The position numbers were made by a program, and so were the translations under genes. DNA of 63,793 nt, counting the filler, from Octopus bimaculoides (taxonomy: Eukaryota): the NCBI RefSeq assembly GCF_001194135.2. It is 5 parts of 5 records of this genome, joined end to end, with 100 filler letters (N's around TTAATTAATTAA, not from the genome) between each part and the next. Parts side by side here need not be neighbours in the genome. Positions count along the whole stretch, not along the records: positions 1 to 14,990 come from NC_068996.1; 4 more parts are not named here. One strand, 5' to 3'. This document shows, in pieces, positions 1 through 13,539 of this stretch. The notes under the pieces were generated by a model. It saw nothing but the letters and a program-made list of their open reading frames with translations, did no database searches and was not told where the DNA came from. Positions within the stretch are counted from its first letter, which is position 1; each line of letters starts with the position of its first letter.

Positions 1-50
<50 letters not shown>
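1..50. repeat. (AT)n microsatellite
   Basis: Perfect AT dinucleotide run seen directly. Confidence 0.98.
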
Positions 51-52
<2 letters not shown>

Positions 53-225
53 GCACACTCACACGCGCGCGCGCACATTTATATTTATTGCTCTACCTTT
101 ACAGATAATTGGTGTCTCCTTGTACGTCCTCGCTGTCAATGGCATATATGGCATTTTGTTTCTGTATATGACTTCTCAGAACCCCACCCTTTTTTTTTTG
201 TTTGAGAAGACTGTTTAGTCCCGTT

Positions 226-812
226 TCAATTCTGCATCCTTTGATGTATATATAACAAATGGAAATTGTAACTTACTGTGCGCTTCCAACTGATTAGGTC
301 CAAACACGCCGCCACTGTTCCGTATGAGGCTAAACCCTGGTATTTCTTAAATTTCTCAGACTCTTTGATACCTATTCTTCTGTCATTGATATTGTAAAAT
401 GTATGATCTTTGTTCTTTGTTTCGATTTTCTTTTTCACAATCATAACTGGTTTCTTTGCTTCAATTATATTGTCATTCTCTGTGGATCAATCTCATAAAA
501 TCCAGTAAAAATAATTTACCGTCATAGCCTCTAGCTCGTGTTCATATCACTTTCCTGGCACTTCGAATCCATAAACTTGGCTAACATCCCAAATCACTAT
601 TTTAAAGTCGGTCATTTCTGTACTTGTACTTTTTTATTTTTTATCTTAACGTAAGTTTAATACTTTCGATTCCATTTCCACAGATTCTGCGTTTACTCTC
701 TGACTGATTTATTGCAATATTGGCTTTAACAAGTTCATTCCATTTGACTTTTGTTTCTCAGCTGCTGTATTCAGCGATTCTGTTTCTCAATTCTGTTTCT
801 ATCTGCCAATCA
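226..812 (-). mobile_element. Old degenerate R4/Dong-like non-LTR retrotransposon fragment (zinc knuckle and RLE region)
   Basis: Minus-strand frames give ETESL..AA, GFEVPGK*YEH, IEAKKP.MIV and IKESEKFKKYQGL, resembling the CCHC and PD-D..K restriction-like endonuclease region of R4-clade ORFs; many stops and frameshifts. Confidence 0.7.
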
Positions 813-817
813 TAATC

Positions 818-996
<179 letters not shown>

Positions 997-1110
997 CTGC
1001 TGAGGTCGACTTTGCCTACCATCCTTTCAGGGACGATCAAACAAACACCAGTTGCGTACCGGCTATCCCTCACCCTCAACATTTCGGGCCTTGTGCCTAT
1101 TGTAGAAAGG

Positions 1111-1202
<92 letters not shown>
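997..1202 (+). mobile_element. 5'-truncated SINE (family A) with long (ATT)n tail at 1111-1202
   Basis: gaggtcgactttgcct..catcctttc.ggg.cgat body and ggccttgtgccta..gtagaaagg end recur in many copies in this window (e.g. 39790, 42131). Confidence 0.85.
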
Positions 1203-1539
1203 CATCTCTTTATCACAGGTTCCTGGAGTCTTGCATGCGTACCGGGCTTGCTATCTGCAGCCTACGGTACCATGCTATCCATTCTATTCAGCTCTCTAAT
1301 ACTTTCCTGATTATTCTAGCCCAACCAAGGAGACAAATCTTTTGCAACACTTCTACTGGGTACTCTATTCTTACTTCATTTATATTCCTCTTGATGCCTT
1401 CTGATACTGTCCCCAAGAACCCAACAATAATCGGCACTATCTTCACCTTCATCGTTTTCCATTTTCTAGTTTTGTACGAAGTGGATTGTATCTGTCTATG
1501 TTTTCGCCTTCCTTCTTGACTATTTGTGGGACAAAAGGG

Positions 1540-1540
<1 letters not shown>
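1203..1540 (-). mobile_element. R4/Dong-like LINE 3' end (RLE C-terminus and 3' UTR)
   Basis: Minus strand reads VKIVPIIVGFLGTVSEGIKRNINEVRIEYPVEVLQKICLLGWARIIRKVLES*, then a short UTR ending in (TAA)n. Confidence 0.85.
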
Positions 1541-1612
<72 letters not shown>

Positions 1613-1613
<1 letters not shown>

Positions 1614-3505
1614 ACCCACTTACTTTTAATCTGCATGCTTGTTACAATCACTAGCCGAGAGACACACCCAGCATCCTAAGGCGTGTGAAGGATAAGAGTT
1701 GTTACATTATGACTGAAAGTTTGGGGAGGGGAGGTAATGAAATATATTCTTGTAATACAACACAGACATTTAAATGAATAGGGTTTTTCTAAAGATGTAG
1801 GCAGTATTTGTCAGCACAATCTTTTGGATTTCTCTGAGACATGGCTCTCCTGGGATATTATCTAGATGTTTCTGATATCCCTTTCTTAGGGCACCCACAA
1901 TAACAACAACAGTTCAATTTCCAGGTCCTTATATTTACTTAATTTGTCAAATTCCTTTACAAGTATATTTTTATTAGTCGGAACTCTTACATCTGTGTCC
2001 ACAAATATTTTTTCCCCTGTTTTTAATAACTGTTTGGTCGATTAACCCGGATCATTCTGTCAGTGTTGACTGGAAAATCTCAGATGACAGTGACATTTTT
2101 ACCTTCAGCGACTGTCTAGAGGTAATATTCATACCAGTAAGCAGGACTGCTGATTTTGTAGTGTTTACATATTTTCCAATGTAAATATTGTCCTACCCTA
2201 TCGTGGTGTATTCGTTTGGTGTCAGAACAGGACATCCCGATACGAGATGGCGTATTGTTTCGTTAAATATGTCGCAGAACCTGCATTTAGGGTCAAAACC
2301 GTTTTGAAAAACGTTAGTCTGGAAGATTTTGGTAAGCAAGCTTTGGTCTTGTGTCCCTAATATGAAACCTTCAGTCTCTGTTTTCAGTCCTGAGCTTCTC
2401 AGCCACTGATAGGATGTTGCTTGGTCTCCGTCAGCGTTTCGACTTCGAAGTATATACTGTCGATGCAGAGGCTTCTGGCTCCACCGCTCCTTAATCTGTT
2501 TCTGCCCGTTCTTTTTCGCAGTCTTGATCAGTTTTGCTTTTTTCGTGAAGTGGTTTCAGGCTTTTCATCCAATTCTGGGTTAATGCCGAGTTCCCTTGCG
2601 AATTTGCAAGCTTCCTTGACAATTTTGCTGCTTGCGCGTCTGCACACAAATCACAGCGTCCAGTCCTCTGTACTGGATAAGTACCTGTTTATTGCTATTG
2701 TGGATGTCTTATAGCACAGTTCTACCTGCATTATTCCTCTTCTCCCATTACTTCTAAGTAGATACAGACGATCAACGTCTGCTTTTGGGTGGTGTATGCT
2801 CTTAGACGTTAGTAGTTTTCTTGTCTTCCTGTCTATGCGTTGGAGCTCTGTAAGATTCCAGTTAATGATGTTAAAACTGTATTGGACTACTGGAAGTGCC
2901 AGGATGTTAAAGGCTTCAATGCGAATTTTGGAGACGAGTTTAGTTTTTAGCATGAATCCTTCTCATTTCTTATATTTTCCTTCATAGTAGCATGTTGTAT
3001 ACCATCTCCTTTGTTTATCCCTAGCTGTTTATAACTTTCTTATGGGTCAAGCCCTTTGATGGTAGTATTGGTATCTAATTTAATAGAAGTTGTTTGTTTG
3101 AGCTTGCCTCTTACAAAAGTTGCTCAAGGCCAAAATCCATCCCGATGTCATTGCTGAACTCTTTAACAGTTGTTAACAGCCCTACTAGCTCTTCATTATT
3201 TCTAGCAAACGGCTTTAGATCGTCCATATAAAACAGATGATTTACTATAATATTTTATACACTTTGGACTCACAACTGATGTTACTCAGTTTTGTTTTCA
3301 GAGTGGGATCAGTGCCACGCAAAAGAGTAATGAGGAGAGGGAGTCACCTTGATGAATTCCTCGTTTGATGTTGATGTTGTTAGTTTGGCTCATCCTATTA
3401 CTATGGCTTAGAAGGAGAAGTGTATTATACCTTGTAAGAATTTGTAGACTACAGGAGAGATGTTGTATATCTCAATACTTCCATGTGACTATATCGGAAA
3501 CAATT
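1613..3505 (-). mobile_element. 5'-truncated R4/Dong-like LINE, about 1.9 kb (RT core to RLE), inactive
   Basis: RT motifs GIHQGDSLSSLLFCVALIPL (about 3301-3360) and HLFYMDDL (YMDD at 3219-3230), thumb HHPKADVDRLYL, GLKTETEGFILGTQDQ, knuckle CRFC..HLVSGC; frameshifted. Confidence 0.93.
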
Positions 3506-3637
3506 ATCATCGTCACTGTCGTCGTCGTCGTCGTCATCATTATCATTATCATGGTGGTGATGACCATGTTGTTTTGTTGTTGTTGTTGTTGGAGGTAATG
3601 GAGGTTTTGTTGTTGGTGGTAGTAGTAGTAGTAGTAA

Positions 3638-3708
<71 letters not shown>

Positions 3709-3791
3709 ACAGCAGCATCAGCAGCGCAACTGCAATAGTAGCTTCAATGTTTGCTATTGCCAATGTAATCATCGTCCAACGTCTTTAGTAA

Positions 3792-3850
3792 TGTAAAAAT
3801 GTAATGAAAACAGTCTTGTCGTATCTGAAGACATTTTGCTCTAAAGATAC

Positions 3851-3925
<75 letters not shown>

Positions 3926-4305
3926 TGAGAGAAAAAGAGAGGATAGAGAGAGGTATATATAGAGAGATAGACAGACAGGTGACTTGGGAAGAAAGTGAAT
4001 GCGGGGGTGAGATATAAAGTACGAAAGATGTTATTAGTTTTGAAGTGACCAATCACGGATTATGTTGAGAAAGAGTATTAATGGAGTGATTGTCTGTCGG
4101 TTGACACCAAGTATAAAGTTGTATATCAAACGTTGAGATAGTAATCAAATATACTGTACGACTGTAACATACAAGTGTTTTTAGCTTCGGCCGTAGTATT
4201 TAGGCAAGCGATCAAAACTTATAGTAGTTTTCACTGGTCAGAAGAAAAGCATGATTGATGTATGTTAAATAAAGCATCTCATAGCTGGGTTAGTAGTCTA
4301 TTTCA
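3792..4305 (+). mobile_element. Probable solo LTR with internal (GA)n
   Basis: Begins TGTAAA, ends TTTCA; flanks AGTAA (3787-3791) and AGTGA (4306-4310) look like a 5-bp TSD with one mismatch; CCAAT about 4049, TATAAAG about 4112, AATAAA about 4268 in LTR-like order. Confidence 0.5.
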
Positions 4306-4329
4306 AGTGATTGTTAGAAAGAAATTAGG

Positions 4330-4821
4330 TACTTCGTTCTGTAGAAAATGAGGGATAAAGGACAGGGTTAGAAATGTGGGTAGAGAGGCGGAGACAGAAG
4401 GAATGAAAGAGTGTTTGTTAGTGGGACAAAGAGAGTAAGAGACAGGAAGAGAGAGAGAGAGAGAGAGAAAGAGACAAGAGATAAAGAGAACTCTTAGAGA
4501 CAGAGACAAAAGAATGTGTGAGGGGGAGAGGGAGATGGAATGGGAGAGAAAGTAAGTGATAGAGAGAGAAGCAAATCGATGCAGACGAAGAAACAAAAGA
4601 GTGTCGTAAAGACAGCGAGGAAGGAGAAAAGGAAACAAAAGAAAATGTGTGTGTGTCTGTTTGTATGTGTGTGTCTTAGAAATGTATGTGCAAGAGAGAG
4701 AGAGAGAGAGAGACAGAGAGAGAGACAGAGAGACAGAGAGACAGAGAAGGCAGGTGAAGAGAGAGCCAGTGATGAAGATACAAAGGGAAGCAGAGACGGA
4801 AAGGACTTGTGTAAAATAGAA

Positions 4822-4870
<49 letters not shown>

Positions 4871-5030
4871 CGGTGGGAGAGAGAAAGAAAGGGAGAGAGA
4901 AAGAAAGGGAGAGACTGAGAGAGAACAGTCTGACTGAGAATAGACTGAGAGAGAACAGAGAGTGAGAGGGGGAAATTAGTGATGGAGCAAGAATAAAGGC
5001 GTTTGTGTGTGTGTGTGTGTGTGTGTGACG
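4330..5030. repeat. GA-rich purine-biased low-complexity tract with (GA)n and (GT)n
   Basis: Seen directly; source of spurious poly-SL/RE ORFs. Confidence 0.9.
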
Positions 5031-5274
5031 GAGGTGGCGAGTGGGGGGGGAGGGCATTTAGAATGGGAGGGAAAGTTAAATAAGGACTTTGTTTATTAAC
5101 TTTTTCCAGAAAGGAAGGGAACAGAGTCCTTTTCCTAAAGAACGTTTCTCTTTAATGTTTAGGAAGGAAATCATTGAAGTCATTCTCTGAATGAGAGCAT
5201 TAAAAATGGAGATTTATGTAAACACACCAATGGCATTATTATTAAACGCACTGGTGACAATAAAAAGGTAATGG

Positions 5275-5338
<64 letters not shown>

Positions 5339-6174
5339 CAGCTGCAGCAGCAGGAGTAGCAGTAACAGTGTTATAAAGTGGGATTGTGTGGGTTGGGCAC
5401 CGGACGAATAGCTTCGCGGCATTTTACTACATCACTGTTTGCTCTGAGTTCGAATTCCATCGTATCCGGCATTGCCTTTCGTCCGGTGCCATGTAATGCT
5501 GAATCCTGAACTTTTTTGTTGATTCATCTTCAAAGGCGTTCCAGCCTTGCTATTTCTATCATTTTAGGAATATTTACTATTACGTTGTCAAATATTTCTG
5601 CAACAGTAGAATGTAATTCATACTGATTTCACAGTTGTTTTTAGCAGGTCAAGTGAGCAAGTAAAGGCCGTTTTGTTGCCTCAAACAAATTTATTAACTG
5701 ACAACCTTTTTTGGTTAAGTCAATATTATTAACTCAGATTTCCTTCCATCTTGATGCTTCAAAAGTATGGAAAGGCAGCCGATTCTAGTCCAAGTTCATC
5801 ATAGAACAGGTCAGAGCTCAGAATAATGGCGCCGATATTACTCAGCTGAACACCTCTGCAACTCTTCTACGGAAAAAAGAAAAATGTCAGACCTCATTTA
5901 CATGAAGAGTGAGGATGCGATAATAGTTGAAGTGTAGAACTTAAGACCAAGTAAACTACACGCGGTATCATCAATCATTAAATGGCAAGAGAAGGTGACT
6001 AACAAAAACAGCAACGTTGACGAAACAACCACAAGAACAACGCTCATGCATATTCCCCAAATTGATTTTTCTCCTTTCGGGAGAACACCGAATGTTGTTC
6101 GAATGTATAAAACAAAATTTCAAATGAAGAACGTGGATAAGATTCTACTCCCAAGGTGACAAATGATAGTACGG

Positions 6175-6212
6175 TAACAAACCTAGTACGGTCATCCGTA
6201 CTAGGTTTGTTA
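6175..6212. other. Perfect 17-bp inverted repeat with 4-nt loop
   Basis: TAACAAACCTAGTACGG-tcat-CCGTACTAGGTTTGTTA. Confidence 0.95.
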
Positions 6213-6369
6213 TCTTTTATTATGGGGAGGTTCCTGCTTGACGCGAAATCTTTACAAGTTGAAGCGGCCCTTAAAATATTGCAAAGTCTTTAGAAAAGGC
6301 AGAAAACTGGATTGATCAAATTTTCCAGATCCAGATGAAGGAATTCGTTTACACTTATTTCGCATAGAA

Positions 6370-7590
6370 TACAAATATTGAGGGACAATGATGTCAATGT
6401 GTGTTGCCCGATAAGGCCAGGAAGCAAAGTCACTTGTATTCAGCATCAGATCATCAGATTTGAATGTGGTATTCATCAACGAGACAGAATTTGCGGTGTG
6501 TCGCACTCACCATCTTTCCCAATAACTATTAGGTTGTCTAAAATGTCTTGTGGCTGGCTACGCTTACAAATTTGTTTTGCTGCATAGTTACCTAAGACAG
6601 GGCCCAAAAACTGGGGACTATTTTGGGACCTAAATGCGTCGGTCCCAGCGCGGAAACCTGCGGGGATCAGATTAGTGAAATAGCTATGGAAGAATCGGAG
6701 TGAACAATCGCCAACAAACAGTAGTTGGTAGATCTCTCTAAGTAGGTTCATTACAGGAGAATAAACAGGATAGAGTCAAGAAGTAACAATAGAAAACAAA
6801 TGAAATAGGAAGCTTGTCAGCAATTTATAAGAAACGGCATCCTGACCGAAGTACTAGAGGTGAATATGACATTTGAAAGACAAAGAATGTGGTGTGAGAG
6901 TTAAGATGCATGTTTATAGAGATAAGGGACCAAATGCCGTTCGATGGGAATAGGAAGGATGTGACAAGGAAAAACATATCTGCATCTTTGACAGACAGCG
7001 ATTAGTACATCCTATTTCATTTGATGTGCGATTTTTCTGCCGCACTTTACCTGACTGTTTGGGCGTAGAGGCGGGCTGAAGATGATGAACTTTAGTTTCT
7101 AACTATACAGTCGGCCGAAGCTACCGTATGATGTGTTACGAAGGACTGAGGTATGCTCTGTGAGGTGTGATTGTGTTCCAGTCAAAAAACCTGGGTTAGA
7201 TCGTTTGTTCTGTAACATTAATGGATACGTGTCAAACTTGTTCGCTCCTCTTCTGACAGACATTTATCATAACTGACAGCAGAGTAGAAAAATTCTCATT
7301 CGTATTACGCGGGCTGGTATGGCACTGCTAAGGAAAAGGCGCGAAGGAATATTTTGGACAATCTCTGGTCCTTGATTTTACTAAATGCAGATATAAATTT
7401 TGGACTTAATAATTGTCAAAAGATTAATACCTGTTTTCTATAGTATGCGATAGAAAGTTCTTCCTTTTGCGATTACCGAAAGGTCTGTCCACGAAAGCCT
7501 CCTTTGCATATGATACATCGTAGGGAGGGTGAGTGTTAAACCTGGTTTCGTTGAGTCTCTGGCTTATTTTGGTCACTCCAAAGATTTCAG
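6370..7590 (+). mobile_element. Degenerate Tx1/L1-clade LINE ORF2 fragment (APE remnant and RT N-terminal part)
   Basis: Plus frames give LNVVFINET (APE-like), KPGLD, LFAPLLTDIYHN, RAGMALLRK, LILLNAD, RSVHESL and YFGHSKDF, matching the order of Tx1-type RT motifs (PGLDG, LLRK, ITLLN.D, RSI.DNL, LDQSKAF). Confidence 0.65.
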
Positions 7591-7844
7591 CTTTGGAGAA
7601 TTCTTCTTCCCCAATTTCTCATATAGAATTGGTGTTTATCGCCATTTGATAATTGTGACGAATCTTCTAGAGGCAGAGACAATGTTCATAAATCAAGAAT
7701 TTATGATGTTCAAATACATGCCTCTCCCAATCTGAGTTATTTCTCTTAACTCGTTTTTTGTTTAATATATACACCCATACATAAACACACACACGCACTC
7801 ACACACCACGCACACTCACACACTCACATATAACCACCCAACAC

Positions 7845-7888
<44 letters not shown>

Positions 7889-8992
7889 TCACACATACGC
7901 CACACGTCAAATTCGTATGTGTTATTTAATAATACAAAACGAAAAACAGTAGGAAAATGTTATTTTCTTTGTCTTCTTTAAGTTAGGCTTCAAACTATAA
8001 AAAGTTTGGTTCTGAATTTCATAAAAGATAGTAAGCAGATTAACGTCAGTTATATCTCACAGCAAACAATGATTTATTTAGATGTTTATGGATAAAAATA
8101 TACAAGTTTCTTTCTTTCACATTTCCTTGGTCAATGAATAGAAAGAAAGGTAGAAGCTGCTGATTCGTTGGTTATCAAAACAAAAATATGAAAAATAAAA
8201 ATAAAAATTAGCAGACTGAACGAAATTGAGTTTCTTTTTATAGAAATGTGGAGTAAGCATTGTTGAGCATGTGGGAAGTTAAATGTAAATGCCGTCCTAC
8301 AGCAGTTTTTGTGTTTCAATGAAGCTAGTGTGTTTCGATCGTATTAATCCCCGTCTGTATGACCTGTAAAAATTCCCTGAAGGACGGACGAATTTCTTGG
8401 CGTTGTATTTCTTTGCTGTCATTATGTGGTTATTTTCTTTTTCTAAAATATAAGATTTTTATACCTGAAATGTTAAACCAGTTCAACATTGCAAGAAGCG
8501 AAGTTATAAAAATAACTACCAATACGCTTCAGATGGGAAGACGAAATCCTTTCAAGCATGACCCAAGTGCTGGGCTCCACCATTCTGACACTCCTTATAC
8601 TATTCGATGGATTTCATCATGTGGCACTCATACAACTCACAGGAATAAAGAACGAAGATGTTTAGAAATTGAATGCCAATTATATAAATGAAACAGAGTT
8701 TGTGTAAGTGACCAGTAAATTAGTGTTTACTCTACTTTCCTCGGATATTTGAGTCCTGGGATCGATTTCCTCTTTTCGTTACTAAAAAAATTAAATAAGT
8801 GAAATGAAGTAGAATAAAATAAAATAATAAAATGGAGTAGCTTTAATTGATTATAATCCACACCAGACAAGAATCTTGCCTCTTATTGCCTGTTAAAACC
8901 AGAGAATATTCCTTAAGAGGGGGGAAAGGGCGGTAAATTTTCTTACAAGATGCTGCTGAAGAATAAAAAATAACCTTCAGCAACAATAACAA

Positions 8993-9070
<78 letters not shown>

Positions 9071-9072
9071 TC

Positions 9073-9109
<37 letters not shown>

Positions 9110-9404
9110 TAATAAATAATGATAATGATTTCAATAATAATAATATAATTATAAAAAAGAAACAGTAACAATACTTCATTAAAATTTACTTTCACTTTCA
9201 TTTTCGACTTTAATGTTCCTTGATATTGAAGTTGAAGAACTGGTAACTATACGATACTACTTTTATTGACACAATACCATAAGGATATATTTCAACAAAT
9301 AACATTTTATATTTATTATTTTTAATTTTCTATTTTTTATTTTATATCTGCTGGCTGCGAAAATAAATCACTTCACCCTATATTTCATATATATACATAT
9401 ATAT

Positions 9405-9441
<37 letters not shown>

Positions 9442-10469
9442 TACACACACACNNNNNNNNNNNNNNNNNNNNNNNNNNNNNNNNNNNNNNNNNNNNNNNN
9501 NNNNNNNNNNNNNNNNNNNNNNNNNNNNNNNNNNNNNNNNNNNNNNNNNNNNNNNNNNNNNNNNNNNNNNNNNNNNNNNNNNNNNNNNNNNNNNNNNNNN
9601 NNNNNNNNNNNNNNNNNNNNNNNNNNNNNNNNNNNNNNNNNNNNNNNNNNNNNNNNNNNNNNNNNNNNNNNNNNNNNNNNNNNNNNNNNNNNNNNNNNNN
9701 NNNNNNNNNNNNNNNNNNNNNNNNNNNNNNNNNNNNATATATATAAATGATAATAAAATGAATAAAAAAATTTGAAAAAATAAAAATTGCACATGGCGAA
9801 GATATTGCAAAAACTTCAAAGTATTCACCTTGTCTTTCTTTTAACTTATGACGTAATACATTTTTTTCCCCTATATCGCTACATTCTTTTGCAACGACGG
9901 TTCTTATTTCTGCAAACATAAATCTCAAAGCTGAAAACTCACGTCAAAAGATATGCATCTCCCCACTCCACAAAAAAATAGAGAGAGAGCTTAGACAGCA
10001 AACAGCAAGTTATATCGATTGCAATAGCGAAAACTCTGATGTAGCAAAATAGGAAAAAAATATACATATATAATAATATAATAAATAGATAAATAAATAA
10101 GAAAATAATAACATTAACATCTTATTTTAAATCTAAATGAAAATAACAAAAGTTACCGAAATTTTGTTTTGCTTTGTTTTCATTATTTTTCTGTTTTTGC
10201 TGTTTTTTTATTATTATTAATATTTTTTTCATAATAATTGACTAAATGGAATAAGAGAGAAAGTATTTTTATGAGATGTCTAAATATCATGCGTTAGTCA
10301 GGTATAAGACGGTTCAATATGCATACGAAATAAATGAATCATTCAAAAGAAAAGAAAAAAATGATAAACACAGTGAAAAGAAACAAAAAATAACTAAAAT
10401 AGCAATATTCGGTAGCATATTAATATAATACAATACAGTAATATTTCCATATTTTGAACTATCCTAATT

Positions 10470-11120
10470 CACAACACCACGACACTACTAAGATCACAGT
10501 TAGCGCACTAACACTACCTAACAACGCTTCCACACAAAACAAGAAATAACTCAGATTTTCATACATAACACTACGACATCAACATGCAACGCTAACACTG
10601 TTACGCTACANNNNNNNNNNCACAACACCAACGTAGTACAACGTACAGTTGGTATAGTGTATGGTAATGTTGATGGTAGTATTGGTGTGTATTGCATGGC
10701 AGTGTTGGTGTTGCTTGTGGTAGTGTTAATGTATGGTGTATGTTAGTGTGTTGTGTATGCTGGTGTGGTGTATGACAGTGTTGACATTTGGTGTACGGCA
10801 GTGTTGTTGCAGTGTATATATTATAAAATTTTCTAGATGTGTGATATATGGTATTACTGCTGTGACCTATAGTCGTCTCGGTGTATTGTGTATGATAGTT
10901 ATATAGCGATGAGGTGCAGTGTACGGTAGAGTTAACGTATAATAATGTTGGTGTATAATAATGTTGCTACCATTACAGCACACACAATACGAACTTAAAC
11001 CACCCCTAGTATTACCATACACCTCATAATACTACAAATACTACGATGTACCACACCTACACTTCTATGAACCACACCAGTACTACTTACCATAAACCAG
11101 AGCATCCCTGTTATACTCAG
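10470..11120. repeat. Degenerate short-unit (ACAC/TACAC-like) satellite with a strand-flipped central block at 10649-10966
   Basis: AC-rich, then GT-rich, then AC-rich with sharp boundaries. Confidence 0.7.
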
Positions 11121-13133
11121 CTCAGTTTAAATTCAAATTCACTTTTGAATCTTCAGTTAATATATTTTACCCCTGGAAGTTTTGAATATATTCCATTCAA
11201 GAATTATGTTCAGACTGGTATATCAAAAATAATTAATGGTGATGACTATGAATCTTTTTAAATCAGTTCAATCTGCCGAGGTTGCTTTCCCAACTTTGCG
11301 GATTAGAATTAATCATTTTAAAAATGATGAGTTTTTGTTTTTTTTATCACTAAACATGTACCATTAATATAATTTCGTAGCTTATTGTGGTTAACAGAGA
11401 TAACAACTTATAACCGTTGAAACTGAGATGACAACGTTCTATAGCCACAATATTTAGTTTCATTTTTTACTGCCTTCGAAAGCCAGTTTAATTAACAACG
11501 TTGTGTTTTACTCACCGCACTCTCACAAATAGAAAAACAAAAACAAAAACAACATAATTGATATATTCTCTTGGAAGTCAGATGCGAGAGTTTCATTATC
11601 CCAAGTCTGCTCAAACATTCCATCGCCACCCATTGCCGTCACTCGCAACATGCTTTCGCTAATTGTTTTAGGTGCTTATGTTAGTGGATACCAGACATAG
11701 ACACCCCACCACCACTGACGCATACCCACCTTTCAACAATGATGCGACAGATGGAAGGAGACAAAAGAGAACCAGCAGCCAGCACTAGGCTGATACTCAT
11801 TTACATGAAATGAATTGTCTTGCTCAAGGGCACAAACGTGCCACCCGGTCAATGAACTCAACCCTCAACTTTCTGACCTTCAGCCAAACATGCTAACTAC
11901 CAGCCCACGCACATCCACAAACAAATGCGCATATAACAACGCCTCCTCGCAAAGAAAGGTTAACCTCTCAGAGTTATAAAAGAAAACAAACAATACCAGG
12001 TCAAATGACAAAATTTTGTACATAATTATGTATAAAAATTAGGATAATTAAATATTTACTTAATAGTAATCAATTACTTGATAGTGAAGTTCTTTAATTA
12101 TGGTCAAAGGTAGCTACAAGACTGTGATTAGCTTTCAGAAGCAACTCTCAATAGCAATTTTAATATATTTACACACGTGGAAGTACTATATTTCAAACAT
12201 AGTGCTTTGGTGTGTGTATGTTTCTGCGTGTGTGTGTGTGTGTGTGTGTGTGTCTGTCTGTCTGTCTGTCTGTCTGATTGTGTCTCTGTGTGTGTATGTG
12301 TGTGTGTATCTGTGTGTATGTGTATATGTACATATACATAATTATATCTAATACAGGCACAAGGCCTGGGATTTGAAGGAGAGACACGGCCAGTGGAATA
12401 GCCACCAATATTACGTTTTAATTTATCGACATCGGAGGGATGAAAGGCAACGTTAACCTCTGCAGGATTTGAACTCAGACATAAGCAGACGGAAAAAAAC
12501 GTGTGTGAGCGTGCACGCGCGTGTTATTGTGTGCGTGTGTTCATGTGTGTACGTGTGTTCATACGTGTGCGTGTGTATTTGTGTATATGTGTGTCTGTGT
12601 ATGCGAGTGTCGGGACACGCATGCACAAACGTACAGGATTCTATACATATTTTATTCTACAAATTTCACTCAAGACGTTAAACTCTAATAGAAGACCCTT
12701 TGCTCAAGGTATTACGAGGCACGATCGAATCCAGGACTACATAGCTTCGAAGCGGAGTCTTTAACCACTCAACCACGGTTCCGCCAATATTACTATCGAT
12801 TTGTTTTTAGAATCCCGTCTCAGTTATATATTTTGCTATAATTTGTTCACGAAGATCATGGGGTCAATCTAACCAATACGAATGTTTCCCCTGATATGAA
12901 AATTAGGATATAAAACAGAGTATTAAGTCTTGTTAAATATTTACAAATATAGCTGTACAGTAGCCTAATAATATAATTGAGTGCCGTGCAATTTCATTTT
13001 GTAGTTAAGGTTGTTTATTTGTTGACGTAAGGTGAACATTTATCGATAGCAACTTTCATAGTAAAAGCGGTAAAAAATTTGTAACGAAGAATATAGTTTT
13101 CAAAGATGTGCTCACTTATAACTACTCTCTCAG

Positions 13134-13294
13134 CACTACCTATGTCAAGTTTTACAGCATCAAAAGAATTAGATGTTTCGGAAAAACTAATACTTCAAAA
13201 GAGCTCATATCTTTCGTTGTCCCACATAAACTTATAATCACATTAGAAGTTTCCAAAATAACCACGGAATTTCTATATATACGGGTCAAGATGA
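13134..13294 (+). other. Candidate exon (possibly 5' UTR or an upstream gene)
   Basis: Acceptor actactctctcag and strong donor A|GTAAGT; one open frame (TTYVKFYS..RVKM) with no recognisable homology. Confidence 0.25.
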
Positions 13295-13337
13295 GTAAGT
13301 ATGTTTGTATGAATGAATGTGTGTGTGTGTGTGTATA

Positions 13338-13383
<46 letters not shown>

Positions 13384-13539
13384 TGTATGTACGTAAATGT
13401 CGAATGATGAAAATGAGTGCTCAACACCGCATTGGTGGATAGAATTTCATTATTTCTATATTAAGGCTAGCATTGGTTTCATGTTAAAAAAATTATCTTA
13501 ATATCATAACAATTTTTCAAGCCTTTCTCCATTTTGAAT

